Origin: Squalus acanthias
Taxonomy: Eukaryota
Reading direction: 5' to 3'
Length of the DNA: 64,000 bases
Assembly (NCBI GenBank): GCA_030390025.1
Contig: CM059432.1
Coordinates: forward strand, 49,726,001 to 49,790,000
Shown piece after piece: positions 52,374 through 62,932 of the stretch (position 1 is the first letter of the stretch; each line of letters begins with the position of its first letter). Under the pieces are notes generated by a model. It did not search any database. It worked only from the letters and a program-made list of their open reading frames with translations, and was not told the origin of the DNA. The translations under genes were made by a program, and so were the position numbers.

Positions 52374-54970
52374 ATCCCCACTTCTGACCCTATGATGGAG
52401 GGAAGTTCGTTGATGAAGCAGTTGAAGATGGTTGGGCCTAGGACACTGCCCTGAGGAACTCCTGCAGCGATATCCTGGGGCTGACATAATTGGCCTCCAA
52501 CAACCACAACCATCTTCCTTTGTGCTAAGTATGACTGGAGAGTTTTCCCCCTGATTCCCATTGACTTAAATTTTGCAAGGGCTCCTTGATGTCACACTCG
52601 GTCGAATGCTGCCTTGATGTCAAGGGCAGCCACTATCACCTCACCTCTGGAATTCAGCTCTTTTTTCCATGTTGGATCAAGGCTATAATGAGGTCTGGAG
52701 CCAAGTGGCCCTGGCGGAACCCAAACTGAGCATCGGTGAGCAGATTATTGGTGAGTAAGTGCCGCTTGATAGCACTGTCAATGACACCTTCCATCACTTT
52801 GCTGATGAGAGTAGACTGATGGGGCGGTAATTGGCTGGATTGAATTTGTCCTGCTTTTTGTGGACAGGGCATACCTAGGCAATTTTCCACATTGTCGGGT
52901 AGATGCCAATGCTGCAGCTGCACTGAAACAACTTGGTTAGAGGCGCGACTAGTTCTGAAGCACAAGTCTTCAGCACAACAGCTGGGATGCTCTCAGGGCC
53001 CATACCCTTTGATATATACAGTGTGCTCAGCCATTTCTTCATATCACATGGAGTGAACCAAATTGGCTGCAGACTGGCTTCTGTGATGGTGGGGACCTCA
53101 GGAGGAGGCCGAGATGGATCATCCACTCTGCACTTCTGGCTGAAGCTGTTTGCGAATGCTTCAGCCTTGACTTTGCACTCATGTGCTAGGCTTCCCCACC
53201 ATTGAGGATGGGAATATTCATGGAGCCTCCTCCTCCTGTTCTTTGTTTAATTGTCCACCACCATTCATGAATGGATGCGCCAGCTCTGCAGAGCTTTGTT
53301 CTGATCCGTTGGTTGTGGGATTGTTTAGCTCTGTCTATAGCATGCTGTTTCCACTGTTTAGCATGTATGTAGTATGTGCTGTAGCTTCACAAGGTTGGCA
53401 CCTCATTTTTAGGTATTACTGGTGCTGCTCCTGGCATGCTCTTCTACACTATTCCTTTCTTGATGGTAATGGTAGCCTGAGGGATATGCCAGGCCATGAT
53501 GCTACAGATTGTGGTGGAGTACAATTCTATTGCTGCTGATGGCCCACAGTGCCCCATGGATGCCCAGTTTTGAGCTGCTAGATCTGTTCTGAATCTATCC
53601 CATTTAGCACGGTGGTAGTGCCACAAAACACGATGGAGGGTGTCCTCAGTGTGAAAACGGGACTTTGTCTCCACAAGTACTGTGCGGTGGTCACTTCTAC
53701 CAATGCTGTCATGGACAGAGGCATCTGCGACAGGTAGATTGATGAGGACGAGGTCAAGTAGGTTTTTCCCTCGTGTTGGTTCTCTCACCACCTGTCGCAG
53801 GCCCAGTCTGACAGCGATGTCCTTCATGACACGCCCATTTCATTCAGTAGTCGTGCTACCAAGCCACTTTTGGTGATTGACATTGAAGTCCCCCACCCAG
53901 AGTCCGTTTTGCTACCCTCAGTGCTTCTTCTAAGTGGTGTTCAACATGGAGGAGTACTGATTCATCAGCTGAGGGAGGGTGGCAGGTGGTAATCAACAGG
54001 CGGTATCCTTGCCAGTGTTTGACCTGATACCATGAGATTTCATGGGGTCCGGAGTCAATGTTGAGGACTCCCAGGGCCACTCCCTCTCGACTGTGTACCA
54101 CTGTGCTGCCACCTCTGGTGGGTCTGTGCTGCCGGTGGGATAGGACATACCCAGGGATGGTGATGGAGGAGTTTGGGACATTGGCTGAAAGATATGATTC
54201 TGTGGGTATGACTATGTCAGGCTGTTGCTTCACTAGAATAAAAACAGAAAATTCTGAAAATACTCAGTAGCTCAGCTTGACTTGTCTGTGGGACAGCTCT
54301 TACAATTTTGGCACAAGTTCTCAGATGTTAGTGAGGAGGACTTTGCAGGGTCGACTGGGCTGGGTGTGCCGTTGTCGTATCTGGTGTCTAGGTTGATGCC
54401 GGGTGGTCCGTCCAGTTTTATTCTTAGTATACGTCTCTGTAGTAGTTTGGTACAACTGAGTGGCTTGCTGGGCCATTTCAGAGGTCAGTTAAGAGTCAAC
54501 CACATTGCTGTGGGTCTGGAGTCACATATAGGCCAGACCAGATAAGGACAGCAGATTTCCTTCCCTAAAGAACATTAATGAACCAGATGGGTTTTTATGA
54601 CAAGGCTGCCATTACTTTTATTATTTTATTACTTTTTATTCCAGATTTATTTAATTGAATTTTAATTCGCAGCAACCATGCTGGGATTTGTACTCATCAG
54701 GCTGGATTTTGCCATTGGGGGCGGGTCAGGTGGTTGGCGGTTCCCGCTCCCGCCTCCCATGTCAGGCGGGATAATTTAGCGATTTTGCCCTAATTGGGCA
54801 CTTGATTCCCAGCGTGTGCGAACCCCTGGCCCAATGATTCTTTTGGTCCTGAAACTCGCCTCTGATTATGTCATTTATGCAGCTGCATTTAAGGCCTGCA
54901 AGCAGCCTTGGTTCATTTTCTGCCTTATAACTTTTATTTGGCATTGTTCTGAGGGATTTGTGCTGCGGAG

Positions 54971-56901
54971 ATGTCAACTTCAAGGTCCAAGGCCGCACCC
55001 CATTTTGATGAGGACTCCCTCCATGCTCTGGTGGAGGGAGCCAGAGCTCAGAAGGAGGTGTTGTTTCCTTCCTCTGGGAGGAATAAACCTCCCCAGCAGA
55101 CCAAAGCTGTGTGGCTGCAAGAGGTCAGTGCAATATCAATGTGCAGCAGAACCTGGCTGCAGTGCAGAAAGAGGTTTAATGACCTTCTCTGCACAGGAAA
55201 AGTGAATATGGCATCACCATGACCCTCAATCTGATCCCCATCGCCTCTCATGACCAGCACTCTGCATTGTCAACCTCCTCCTCCACATCCCACTTGACCC
55301 TTACATCCCTTTCACCCTTAACCATTCCCTCTCTCTCTATGTACACATTCACTTAACTATTTGACTATGCTGCCCTCACACTCCCTATCACTGTTATGCT
55401 ATGATAACAACTTAAAACACACAGGGTCTTGGGACCTCACTCCATCTTTGTGTCCTTCTAAGCATCTATGCTATGGATTCTCTACACTTATCCATCATTC
55501 TCACTCAAACTCCACTTGCGTCCCTCATTGCAGGAAAAGAGAGCCCACAATAAGAGGGAAAGGGCGAAGACAGGAGGATGGCCACCCTCAATAGCCCAGC
55601 TCACCAGAGCAGAGGAGGTGGCCCTCAAGATCGTGGGAGCCGAGGAGGATGTGCAAGTGGGGGATGGACGGACGGGCGCCTCAGAGCAAGCTGGTGACAG
55701 AATAATTTTCCATCTCTCTCATTTACATTGCATGAGTGACTGATATTGATTCTGATGCTCTAACAGATTGACTTATGATGATCTGCACAATTCGATGTGC
55801 ATGCAACATTTATCACATGTCTAACTTTTTCCTTTACTCCCCCACAGGACCATCGACAGCCCCCCTCCCCACTGTCCAGGAGGAACAGCCTGAGCCAGAA
55901 GACTCCACAGAGGAAGCTGTAACCTTTGAGGGTGCAGCATCACCAGAATTAAGCGCACCCAGCACCAGCGCAGACACTCACACTTCGGTGGGACCTTCGG
56001 AAGATAGAGTAGTATTGTCACCTGGTGTATCACAACTCACAAGTGAGCATCAGCAGATGGTGGAGACAGGGACAGCAGTGGAGAGTCGTTGTCGGAGGCC
56101 GCAGGGCGCTCCCAGCTCAGCTCAGCTGCATGTAGACGCTGTGCCTCCGGGTCCATCCAGAAGGAGAGCGGTGCTGGAACTCCAGGGACAAGTGCAGGAG
56201 TCTCTGGCAGGTTTTGTCTCCAGGGTCACTGTGAGTGTGGAGAGGATGGAGGAGTCCATCGCTAACATGAGCAGAGACTTTGTGGAGGCATTGGCACATG
56301 AACGCATCACCACAGAAAGGATGGCTACCATAGAGGAGAGGCTGGCTACGGTAGAGGAGAGGATGGCTACGGCCTGGAGGACCTAAGTCGCCAGGGCCTT
56401 GAAAATATGGTAATTGTTCAGAACAGACTGACATCTCTGGAGGAGCAATGGTCAGCTATTGAGCAGAGAAACCAGAGCTTCATGGAAGTCCTCTGGAGTA
56501 GGACTGCTAGTGCAGAAATGGGTCCTCATGGCCCCCCTGATGAGCAGCAAGGTGCTGTCATGCCACTTGCTAGCTCTGAAGTGGGGCTGACCCATGAGAG
56601 GGATGTTGGTGGCAGACAACAAGGACTTGGTGGCTCCTCTCCAAGCGCTCACACGACCATGCCACTGCAGAGCCCTCGGTCAGAGCCCCACCAGAGTCCT
56701 CACCCAACTGAGATGGGCGTCTCATCCCCTGCACAGCCGCAGGAGCAGCAGACTGTTGGTGAGCCCTCACAGGCTCGCAACCCCAGAGGATGCTCGCCAA
56801 AGTGTCGAGGCAGGAGCAGCATGAAAGTGAGCAAGGGGCCTCCACATCTGCTGAACCCACAGGGGAAGCACCACGTAGGAGCACGCGTAAGAGGAAGATA
56901 A
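54971..56901 (+). pseudogene. Harbinger Myb/SANT-like DNA-binding gene; exons 54971-55201, 55534-55693, 55848-~56901
   Basis: APHFDEDSLHALVEG..WLQEVS..RTWLQCRKRFNDL. Exon 2 EKRAHNKRERAKTGG. GT-AG introns in phases 0 and 1. Reading frame disrupted near 56370-56400. Confidence 0.88.
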
Positions 56902-58421
56902 AGCATAAGTAGTCACAAGGGTAGTCACTTGGGTGTTCTGTTGTGTTTAATTGTAAAATGCCATCCTTGACTGAATGTTATAAAATTAATTGATGGCAAT
57001 CTGTTGAAGTTGTGGGCTGTGTCATTTTGCAAATGGGACTTCCACATTGAGGGCTATGGGTGACTTGGAATTGTCAGTATGGTGGTCAGAGTGATAGGAA
57101 GCCACAGGTTCTTGTCCATTGTCGATGGTGTGGTAAGAAGGTGCGAGACAAATGTGATTGATTGGGCAGCCTAAGCAAATCTGGCCAAGATGAGTGCATC
57201 CCTTGCATCCCGGGCAGCAATGTTCTTGCGTGCTGCTGCCGCTGGTTGATGCGCCTCTGCAAGGTCTTCATTCTCGCTCTCCTACTCCTCCTCCTCCTCC
57301 ACATCCTCATCTGAGGAGGCTATGCGATGAGCCACTTCTACCTCAGGCAGCTGCAAGCCACGATGCTGTGCCATGTTGTGAAGTACACAGCAGACCACGA
57401 TGGTTCTGGAGATCCTGGCTGCTGAGTAGTGCAGGGCTCCACCTGATCTATCAAGGCATCTGAATCGTATCTTCAGCACGCCGATGGTTTGCTCGATAAT
57501 GGATCTGGTGGAAATGTGGCTGGAGTTGTAGCGCTCCTCAGCTTCATTGGATGGCCTGCTGAACGGCATCATTAGCCACATCTTCAGGGGATAGCCCTTG
57601 TCTCCAAGTAGCCATCCGCAAAGTTGGTTTGGTGGACTGAAGAGCGGAGGCACACTAGACTGGCGCAGGATGAACGAGTCATGGCAACTGCCAGGGTACT
57701 TGGCGCAAACATGCAAAATTTCCTTCTTGTGGTTACACACCAGCTGCACGTTGAGGGAATGGAAGCCCTTGTGGTTGACAAAAATACCTGGATTGTGATG
57801 GGGTGCCTTAAGGGCCACATGTGTGCAGTCTACGATGCCCTGCACCTTTGGAAAGCCTGCCATATTAGCAAATCCAATCGCACGCCCGGTTATACTTGCT
57901 TGATCCTTGGAGAAGTTGATGTAATTGTGCGCCTTGGCAAAGAGGGCATCAGTTACCTGTGTGATGCAAGTGTGTGCGGCCGCCTGGGAGTCGCCACTGA
58001 TGTCTGCTGTTGATCCCTGGAATGAGCCTGAAGCAAAAAAGTTGAGAGCGGTGGTGATTTTTACAGCCACTGGTAAGGGGTGTCCACCTGCTCCTCTGGG
58101 CTCCAGGTCTTGCTGCAGCATTGCGCAGATGTCACCCACTACCTCTCACGAAAGTCTGAGCCTCCTTTGGCACTGCTGCTCAGTCATGCTGAGGTAGCTC
58201 ATCCTCTGTTTGTAAACCCTGTTTTGGGGGTATCTCCTGTGGCGACGTCCTTCCCTGCGCTGGCGCCTTCTGGCCTGTGCAGCTTCAGGTGGGTGAGCAG
58301 CAGGTTGGCGCTCCTGTTGTTGCTGCTGCTGTTGGTGCTGCTGTTGTTCAGGGTTATGCTGCTGCCGCGGCTGGTCTTCCTCTGAATCTGATGTCCAGGA
58401 GGAAAGGAAATAAATGGTTCC

Positions 58422-58636
58422 TGTCATAAATCGCAAGTAACAACTCAGGAAGTACTACTGGGCGGCCAGCTGGGGCGCCGTCCAGGGAGTATAAATACTC
58501 AGGCATGGGCCCACCTTGGGCAGAGACAATCTGGAAACAGGAAGCTAGTGACTGCTAACCAGACCTCCATGTTTTGTTACAAGTTGATTAAAGCCTTGCT
58601 TTATGTTCAAGTGCGTAGTGAGTCTTTATTACGTCA
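58422..58636 (+). repeat. 5' LTR
   Basis: TGTCAT..ACGTCA. TATAAATA at about 58490 and ATTAAA at 58587-58592. Identical to the 3' LTR. Confidence 0.96.
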
Positions 58637-58736
58637 ATTTAATCAACTTGATATCGTCTCCACACTTTGGGTGATTCGGAACAACCAGCTGCAACTCGAA
58701 CCACAGAAGGGAACTAGGGCAAGAAACTGATCCATC

Positions 58737-60137
58737 ATGGAAAAACTCCTTAGACCCGCTCGTCTCGACCTGGACCCGAATGCACCTGCGGCAGCGAAGG
58801 TATGGAAGCATTGGTTTCGTACCTTTAGCAACTTTCTTGAAGAATGTGGGGCGGATGTCCCTAATAAGTTACGAATGCTTATCAACTACGTGTCTCCTCA
58901 TGTGTATGATTATATTGAGGACTGTATAGTCTATGACGCTGCTATCGAAATCTTACAGCAGCTATATGTCAAGTCCCCAAATGAAATATTTGCTCGACAC
59001 CTACTGGCCACAACTCGGCAGCAGCCTGGGGAATCACTCGATGAATTTCTCCAGAAACTTCGCAGGCTCAGCAAGGATTGTAACCTTAAAGCAGTTACAG
59101 CTGAACAGTATCAAGAGGAACTAATCCGCGATTCCTTTATCAATGGAATCGCGTCCCCTTTTATACGTCAGCGCCTGCTGGAAAATAAAACCCTCAATTT
59201 ACGGGCTGCTTATGACCAGGCGTGTTCCTTGGACTTGGCCAAGAAAAATGCAGACACTTATCTCCCACCACGTGCATGGGCGGCGGCTATCTCCTTTAAT
59301 GAGTCTTTCGGTAGGTCTCGGGCGGATGCCCCCACTGATGTTGACTCTACTCTAACGGACGACGACCCTACCCTAGAGGCCTTTGCTGATGACGACCCCG
59401 CCCTAGCAGCATCCTGGCAATCAGGAAGAAAGTGTTTCTTTTGTGGAGGGGCGTGCCATCACAGAAAATTTTGCCCGGCTCGTAATGTGACCTGCAATCA
59501 TTGCAGCAAGAAAGGACACTTTTCCAAGGTATGCCAGTCACGGGCCTTTGCTAACAAGAAAGGCCGCTCCTCTAAAGTATACCGGTCGAGAGCTCCTGTT
59601 AGCTTCACAGCTGCTATCTATGGAGCTGCTCCTCCCCCAAGAACTACTGTTAAGGCTACAGTTGCCGAAGGGAAAATTGACCCTCCTCCCATCACGGCTG
59701 TCTTTCCCCAAAGTTTGTCCCATGCAGCCACGAAGGTTTCAGTAAATGGGCACACTCTAAGCGCACTAATCGACTCCTGCAGCTCTGACAGCTTCATTAG
59801 TAAGCGGGCTGTCAACAGGTTAAAACTGCACATTTATCCCTCGGACAGGGAGATTGCAATGGCTCTGACGACTCTGACCACCAATTCTTCTGGCTTCTGT
59901 CTTGTCAACCTCATCCTCAACGGCCGCACGTATCTCTCCACCCGGCTCGGAGTACTCGCAAACTTATGCAGCGATGTACTTCTGGGACAGGACTTCCAGA
60001 AGCAGCACAAGAAGATCACTTTTGAGTTTGGATGGTCAAGGCCGGAGCTTACCATTTCTAAGGTGCCGTTTTGTGCACTCTCGGTGGCCTTACTCGGTGA
60101 ACCCTCCCTGTTTGCCAATCTTCCCCCCCCGCTGTAA
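58737..60137 (+). CDS. gag: Gypsy Gag-protease
   Basis: RQQPGESLDEF capsid motif, two zinc knuckles (CFFCGG..H..C and CNHCSKKGHFSKVC), and protease ALIDSCSSDSFI..LLGQDF. Confidence 0.92.
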   Translation: MEKLLRPARLDLDPNAPAAAKVWKHWFRTFSNFLEECGADVPNKLRMLINYVSPHVYDYIEDCIVYDAAIEILQQLYVKSPNEIFARHLLATTRQQPGESLDEFLQKLRRLSKDCNLKAVTAEQYQEELIRDSFINGIASPFIRQRLLENKTLNLRAAYDQACSLDLAKKNADTYLPPRAWAAAISFNESFGRSRADAPTDVDSTLTDDDPTLEAFADDDPALAASWQSGRKCFFCGGACHHRKFCPARNVTCNHCSKKGHFSKVCQSRAFANKKGRSSKVYRSRAPVSFTAAIYGAAPPPRTTVKATVAEGKIDPPPITAVFPQSLSHAATKVSVNGHTLSALIDSCSSDSFISKRAVNRLKLHIYPSDREIAMALTTLTTNSSGFCLVNLILNGRTYLSTRLGVLANLCSDVLLGQDFQKQHKKITFEFGWSRPELTISKVPFCALSVALLGEPSLFANLPPPL

Positions 60138-62679
60138 ACCCATAGCCACCAAATCGCGGCGCTTTAGCCAAGACGATCGAGCGTTTATTGAGGCGGAAAT
60201 CTCTCGCCTTTTAGTCGACGGTATTATCGAGCCATGTTCATCTCCCTGGCGGGCTCAGGTCGTCATCGTGAGGAATCCCTTAAAACAACATAAAAAACGT
60301 CTGTGTATCGATTATTCGCAGACTATTAATCAATATACCGATCTGGATGCCTACCCGCTGCCACGCATAGATGACATGGTCAACAACCTTGCCAAATACA
60401 AGGTATTCTTGACCTTCGATTTAAAAAGCGCGTACCATCAGGTGCCACTGCAAGACTCCGACAAGAAGTATACGGCCTTTGAGGCCAATGGTCGGCTTTT
60501 CCAGTTTCGCCGCCTTCCATTCGGGGTCACCAATGGGGTGGCCGTCTTCCAACGGGCCATGGATGGCCTAGTCCGGCAAGAGAACTTGACGGATACCTTT
60601 CCGTATTTAGACAATATCACTATTGCCGGCCATGATCAAAAGGAGCATGACGCCAATCTTCAGAGATTTTTTGACGTACTCCGCCGTCGCCACTTAACGT
60701 TAAACGAATCCAAATCGGTGAAGTCGGCGCCATCGGTGAACATTCTTGGCTACTGGGTGGGCAACGGTGTTATTAAACCGGACCCAGAGCGACTTCGTCC
60801 ACTTCAGGAGCTCCCTCCCCCGACGAACCTCGGCTCTCTTCGTCGGGCACTTGGCATGTTTGCTTATTACGCAAAATGGATACCACACTTCTCCGATAAA
60901 ATACAGCCCCTGCTCCATGCGAAGTCTTTTCCATTGGAAGCTACGGCTATTTCTGCCTTCAACCTCCTCAAACGACAGCTGGAGAAAGCCACGCTTCGCT
61001 CCATTGACGAAAATCTTCCTTTTGTGGTCGAATGCGATGCATCGGAGGTGGCGATCTCCGCTACCTTGAATCAAGGTGGCAGACCCGTGGCATTCCTATC
61101 CAGAACCTTGCAGGGTAGCGAGCTCCATTACCCCCCCGTCGAGAAGGAGGCTACGGCCATCATCGAGGCTGTACGCCAATGGGGTCATTTTCTTGCTCGG
61201 CGTCATTTTACGCTTATAACTGACCAGCGCTCTGTGGCCTTCATGTTGGATAACCGGAGGCGCACGAAAATCAAAAATAATAAAATTCAACTCTGGAGGA
61301 TGGAGCTGGCTGCCTTTGGATATACTATCTGTTACCGACCCGGCAAACAGAACGTGGCCCCAGATACCTTCACACGGGCATTTTGCTCCTCAATGTCAAC
61401 GTCGACTCTGGCGGATTTGCATATGGACTTATGCCATCCTGGTGTGACCCGCATGTTGCACTTTGTGCGCTCCAAAAATCTACCATTTTCAACCGAGGAC
61501 GTAAAGAAAACGTGCTCCTCCTGTAGGATTTGTGCAGAATTGAAACCACAATTCTTTCGCCCATCAGATGGCTTACTCATACATGCAATGCAGCCTATGC
61601 AGAGGCTCAGCATAGACTTTAAAGGGCCATTGCCTTCGTCGACAAGGAACACCTACCTACTTACGATGGTGGACGAGTATTCACGCTTTCCCTTCGCCTT
61701 CCCCTGCCCTAATATGCTTACCTCTACGGTAATTAAATGCCTCGATCAGGTCTTTTCCCTTTGCGGGACGGCCAATTTTATCCACACTGATCGGGGTCCC
61801 TCCTTTATGTCGAGTGAACTTAAAAGTTATCTCTCCCAACGGGGAATCGCCTCAAGTAGGACGACACCATATCACCCAATCGGTAACGGACAGGTTGAAC
61901 GATACAATGCCATCATCTGGAACGCTGTCCGTCTGGCACTAAGGTCACGCAACCTACCGGACCAGCAGTGGGAAACGGTGCTCCCCGACGTGTTACACTC
62001 TATCAGGTCTCTTCTCTCCACATCTACTAATGTCACGCCTCATGAGCGATTCTTCAAATTCCGGCGTCGCTCTACACATGGGACGTCTCTACCGTCATGG
62101 TTGGTGGCTCCAGGCCCGGTGCTACTCCGGAGGTTCGTCCGGTCTGCCAAAAACGACCCTCTCGTTGACGAGGTGGAGTTAACGGAGGTAAACCCCACTT
62201 ATGCGCACGTACGGTACCCTGATGGCCGGGAGACCACCGTCTCGCTCCGAGATCTGGCTCCCTGCCCAACCGGTCACACGGGCCCGAATGATGAAGGATC
62301 CCCCGACAATGATATCAACACTCCGCACCCCTATGAAAATGACGCCCCGCTTGGGACATCGGGGGATCTGCCGGCAACGCTACCGGATCAACTCAGGGAG
62401 CTGGACGCTCCCCGTAGGACGGCCACCCGAAACCAGGACGCCGGACAATCTCCAGCCACGACCCGGGATGAGGCCAGCTCAGCACCTGTGGGGACCCGCA
62501 CCCGGAGTCATGATATTCCCAGTCCTCCACAGGATGATCAAGATGACGCGGACTCTACTGACTTACCGGTACGGGCCAAGCGACCCAGGGACCAGGACAC
62601 GGTCCGGGGAGACGTGCCTTCCGGTCACAAGCAGAGAACTAAACGTCTACGGCTATTTTTGGTCCGTCTAGTCCGTTAA
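60130..62679 (+). CDS. pol: Gypsy Pol (RT-RNase H-integrase), +1 frame relative to gag-PR
   Basis: RLCIDY, DLKSAYHQV, LPFGV, YLDN. RNase H CDAS..EKEA..TDQ..PD. Integrase H..H..C..C, IDFKGP, TDRG, VERYN. Confidence 0.92.
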   Translation, partial: RCKPIATKSRRFSQDDRAFIEAEISRLLVDGIIEPCSSPWRAQVVIVRNPLKQHKKRLCIDYSQTINQYTDLDAYPLPRIDDMVNNLAKYKVFLTFDLKSAYHQVPLQDSDKKYTAFEANGRLFQFRRLPFGVTNGVAVFQRAMDGLVRQENLTDTFPYLDNITIAGHDQKEHDANLQRFFDVLRRRHLTLNESKSVKSAPSVNILGYWVGNGVIKPDPERLRPLQELPPPTNLGSLRRALGMFAYYAKWIPHFSDKIQPLLHAKSFPLEATAISAFNLLKRQLEKATLRSIDENLPFVVECDASEVAISATLNQGGRPVAFLSRTLQGSELHYPPVEKEATAIIEAVRQWGHFLARRHFTLITDQRSVAFMLDNRRRTKIKNNKIQLWRMELAAFGYTICYRPGKQNVAPDTFTRAFCSSMSTSTLADLHMDLCHPGVTRMLHFVRSKNLPFSTEDVKKTCSSCRICAELKPQFFRPSDGLLIHAMQPMQRLSIDFKGPLPSSTRNTYLLTMVDEYSRFPFAFPCPNMLTSTVIKCLDQVFSLCGTANFIHTDRGPSFMSSELKSYLSQRGIASSRTTPYHPIGNGQVERYNAIIWNAVRLALRSRNLPDQQWETVLPDVLHSIRSLLSTSTNVTPHERFFKFRRRSTHGTSLPSWLVAPGPVLLRRFVRSAKNDPLVDEVELTEVNPTYAHVRYPDGRETTVSLRDLAPCPTGHTGPNDEGSPDNDINTPHPYENDAPLGTSGDLPATLPDQLRELDAPRRTATRNQDAGQSPATTRDEASSAPVGTRTRSHDIPSPPQDDQDDADSTDLPVRAKRPRDQDTVRGDVPSGHKQRTKRLRLFLVRLVR

Positions 62680-62705
62680 AGGAAGACTGGACTTCCAAAC
62701 CCTTT

Positions 62706-62717
62706 AGGGAGGAAGAA
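62706..62717 (+). other. Polypurine tract
   Basis: AGGGAGGAAGAA directly abuts the 3' LTR TG. Confidence 0.9.
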
Positions 62718-62932
62718 TGTCATAAATCGCAAGTAACAACTCAGGAAGTACTACTGGGCGGCCAGCTGGGGCGCCGTCCAGGGAGTATAAATACTCAGGC
62801 ATGGGCCCACCTTGGGCAGAGACAATCTGGAAACAGGAAGCTAGTGACTGCTAACCAGACCTCCATGTTTTGTTACAAGTTGATTAAAGCCTTGCTTTAT
62901 GTTCAAGTGCGTAGTGAGTCTTTATTACGTCA
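62718..62932 (+). repeat. 3' LTR
   Basis: Identical to 58422-58636 and followed by the GTTCC TSD. Confidence 0.96.

Larger units (their letters stand above)
58422..62932 (+). mobile_element. Full-length young Ty3/Gypsy LTR retrotransposon (Mag-like Gag), 4511 bp
   Basis: Identical 215-bp LTRs (TG..CA), 5-bp TSD GTTCC, PPT AGGGAGGAAGAA, and domain order gag-PR-RT-RH-IN. Confidence 0.97.

Noticed and set aside
57282..58139. Domesticated host HARBI1 gene
   Set aside because: It lies between TIRs beside a Myb partner, has in-frame stops and a Gypsy insertion, so it is a transposon copy.
59902..60129. N-terminal 76 aa of the 925-aa Pol ORF as real protein
   Set aside because: It overlaps the protease frame; RT-like sequence starts only after the C8 run.
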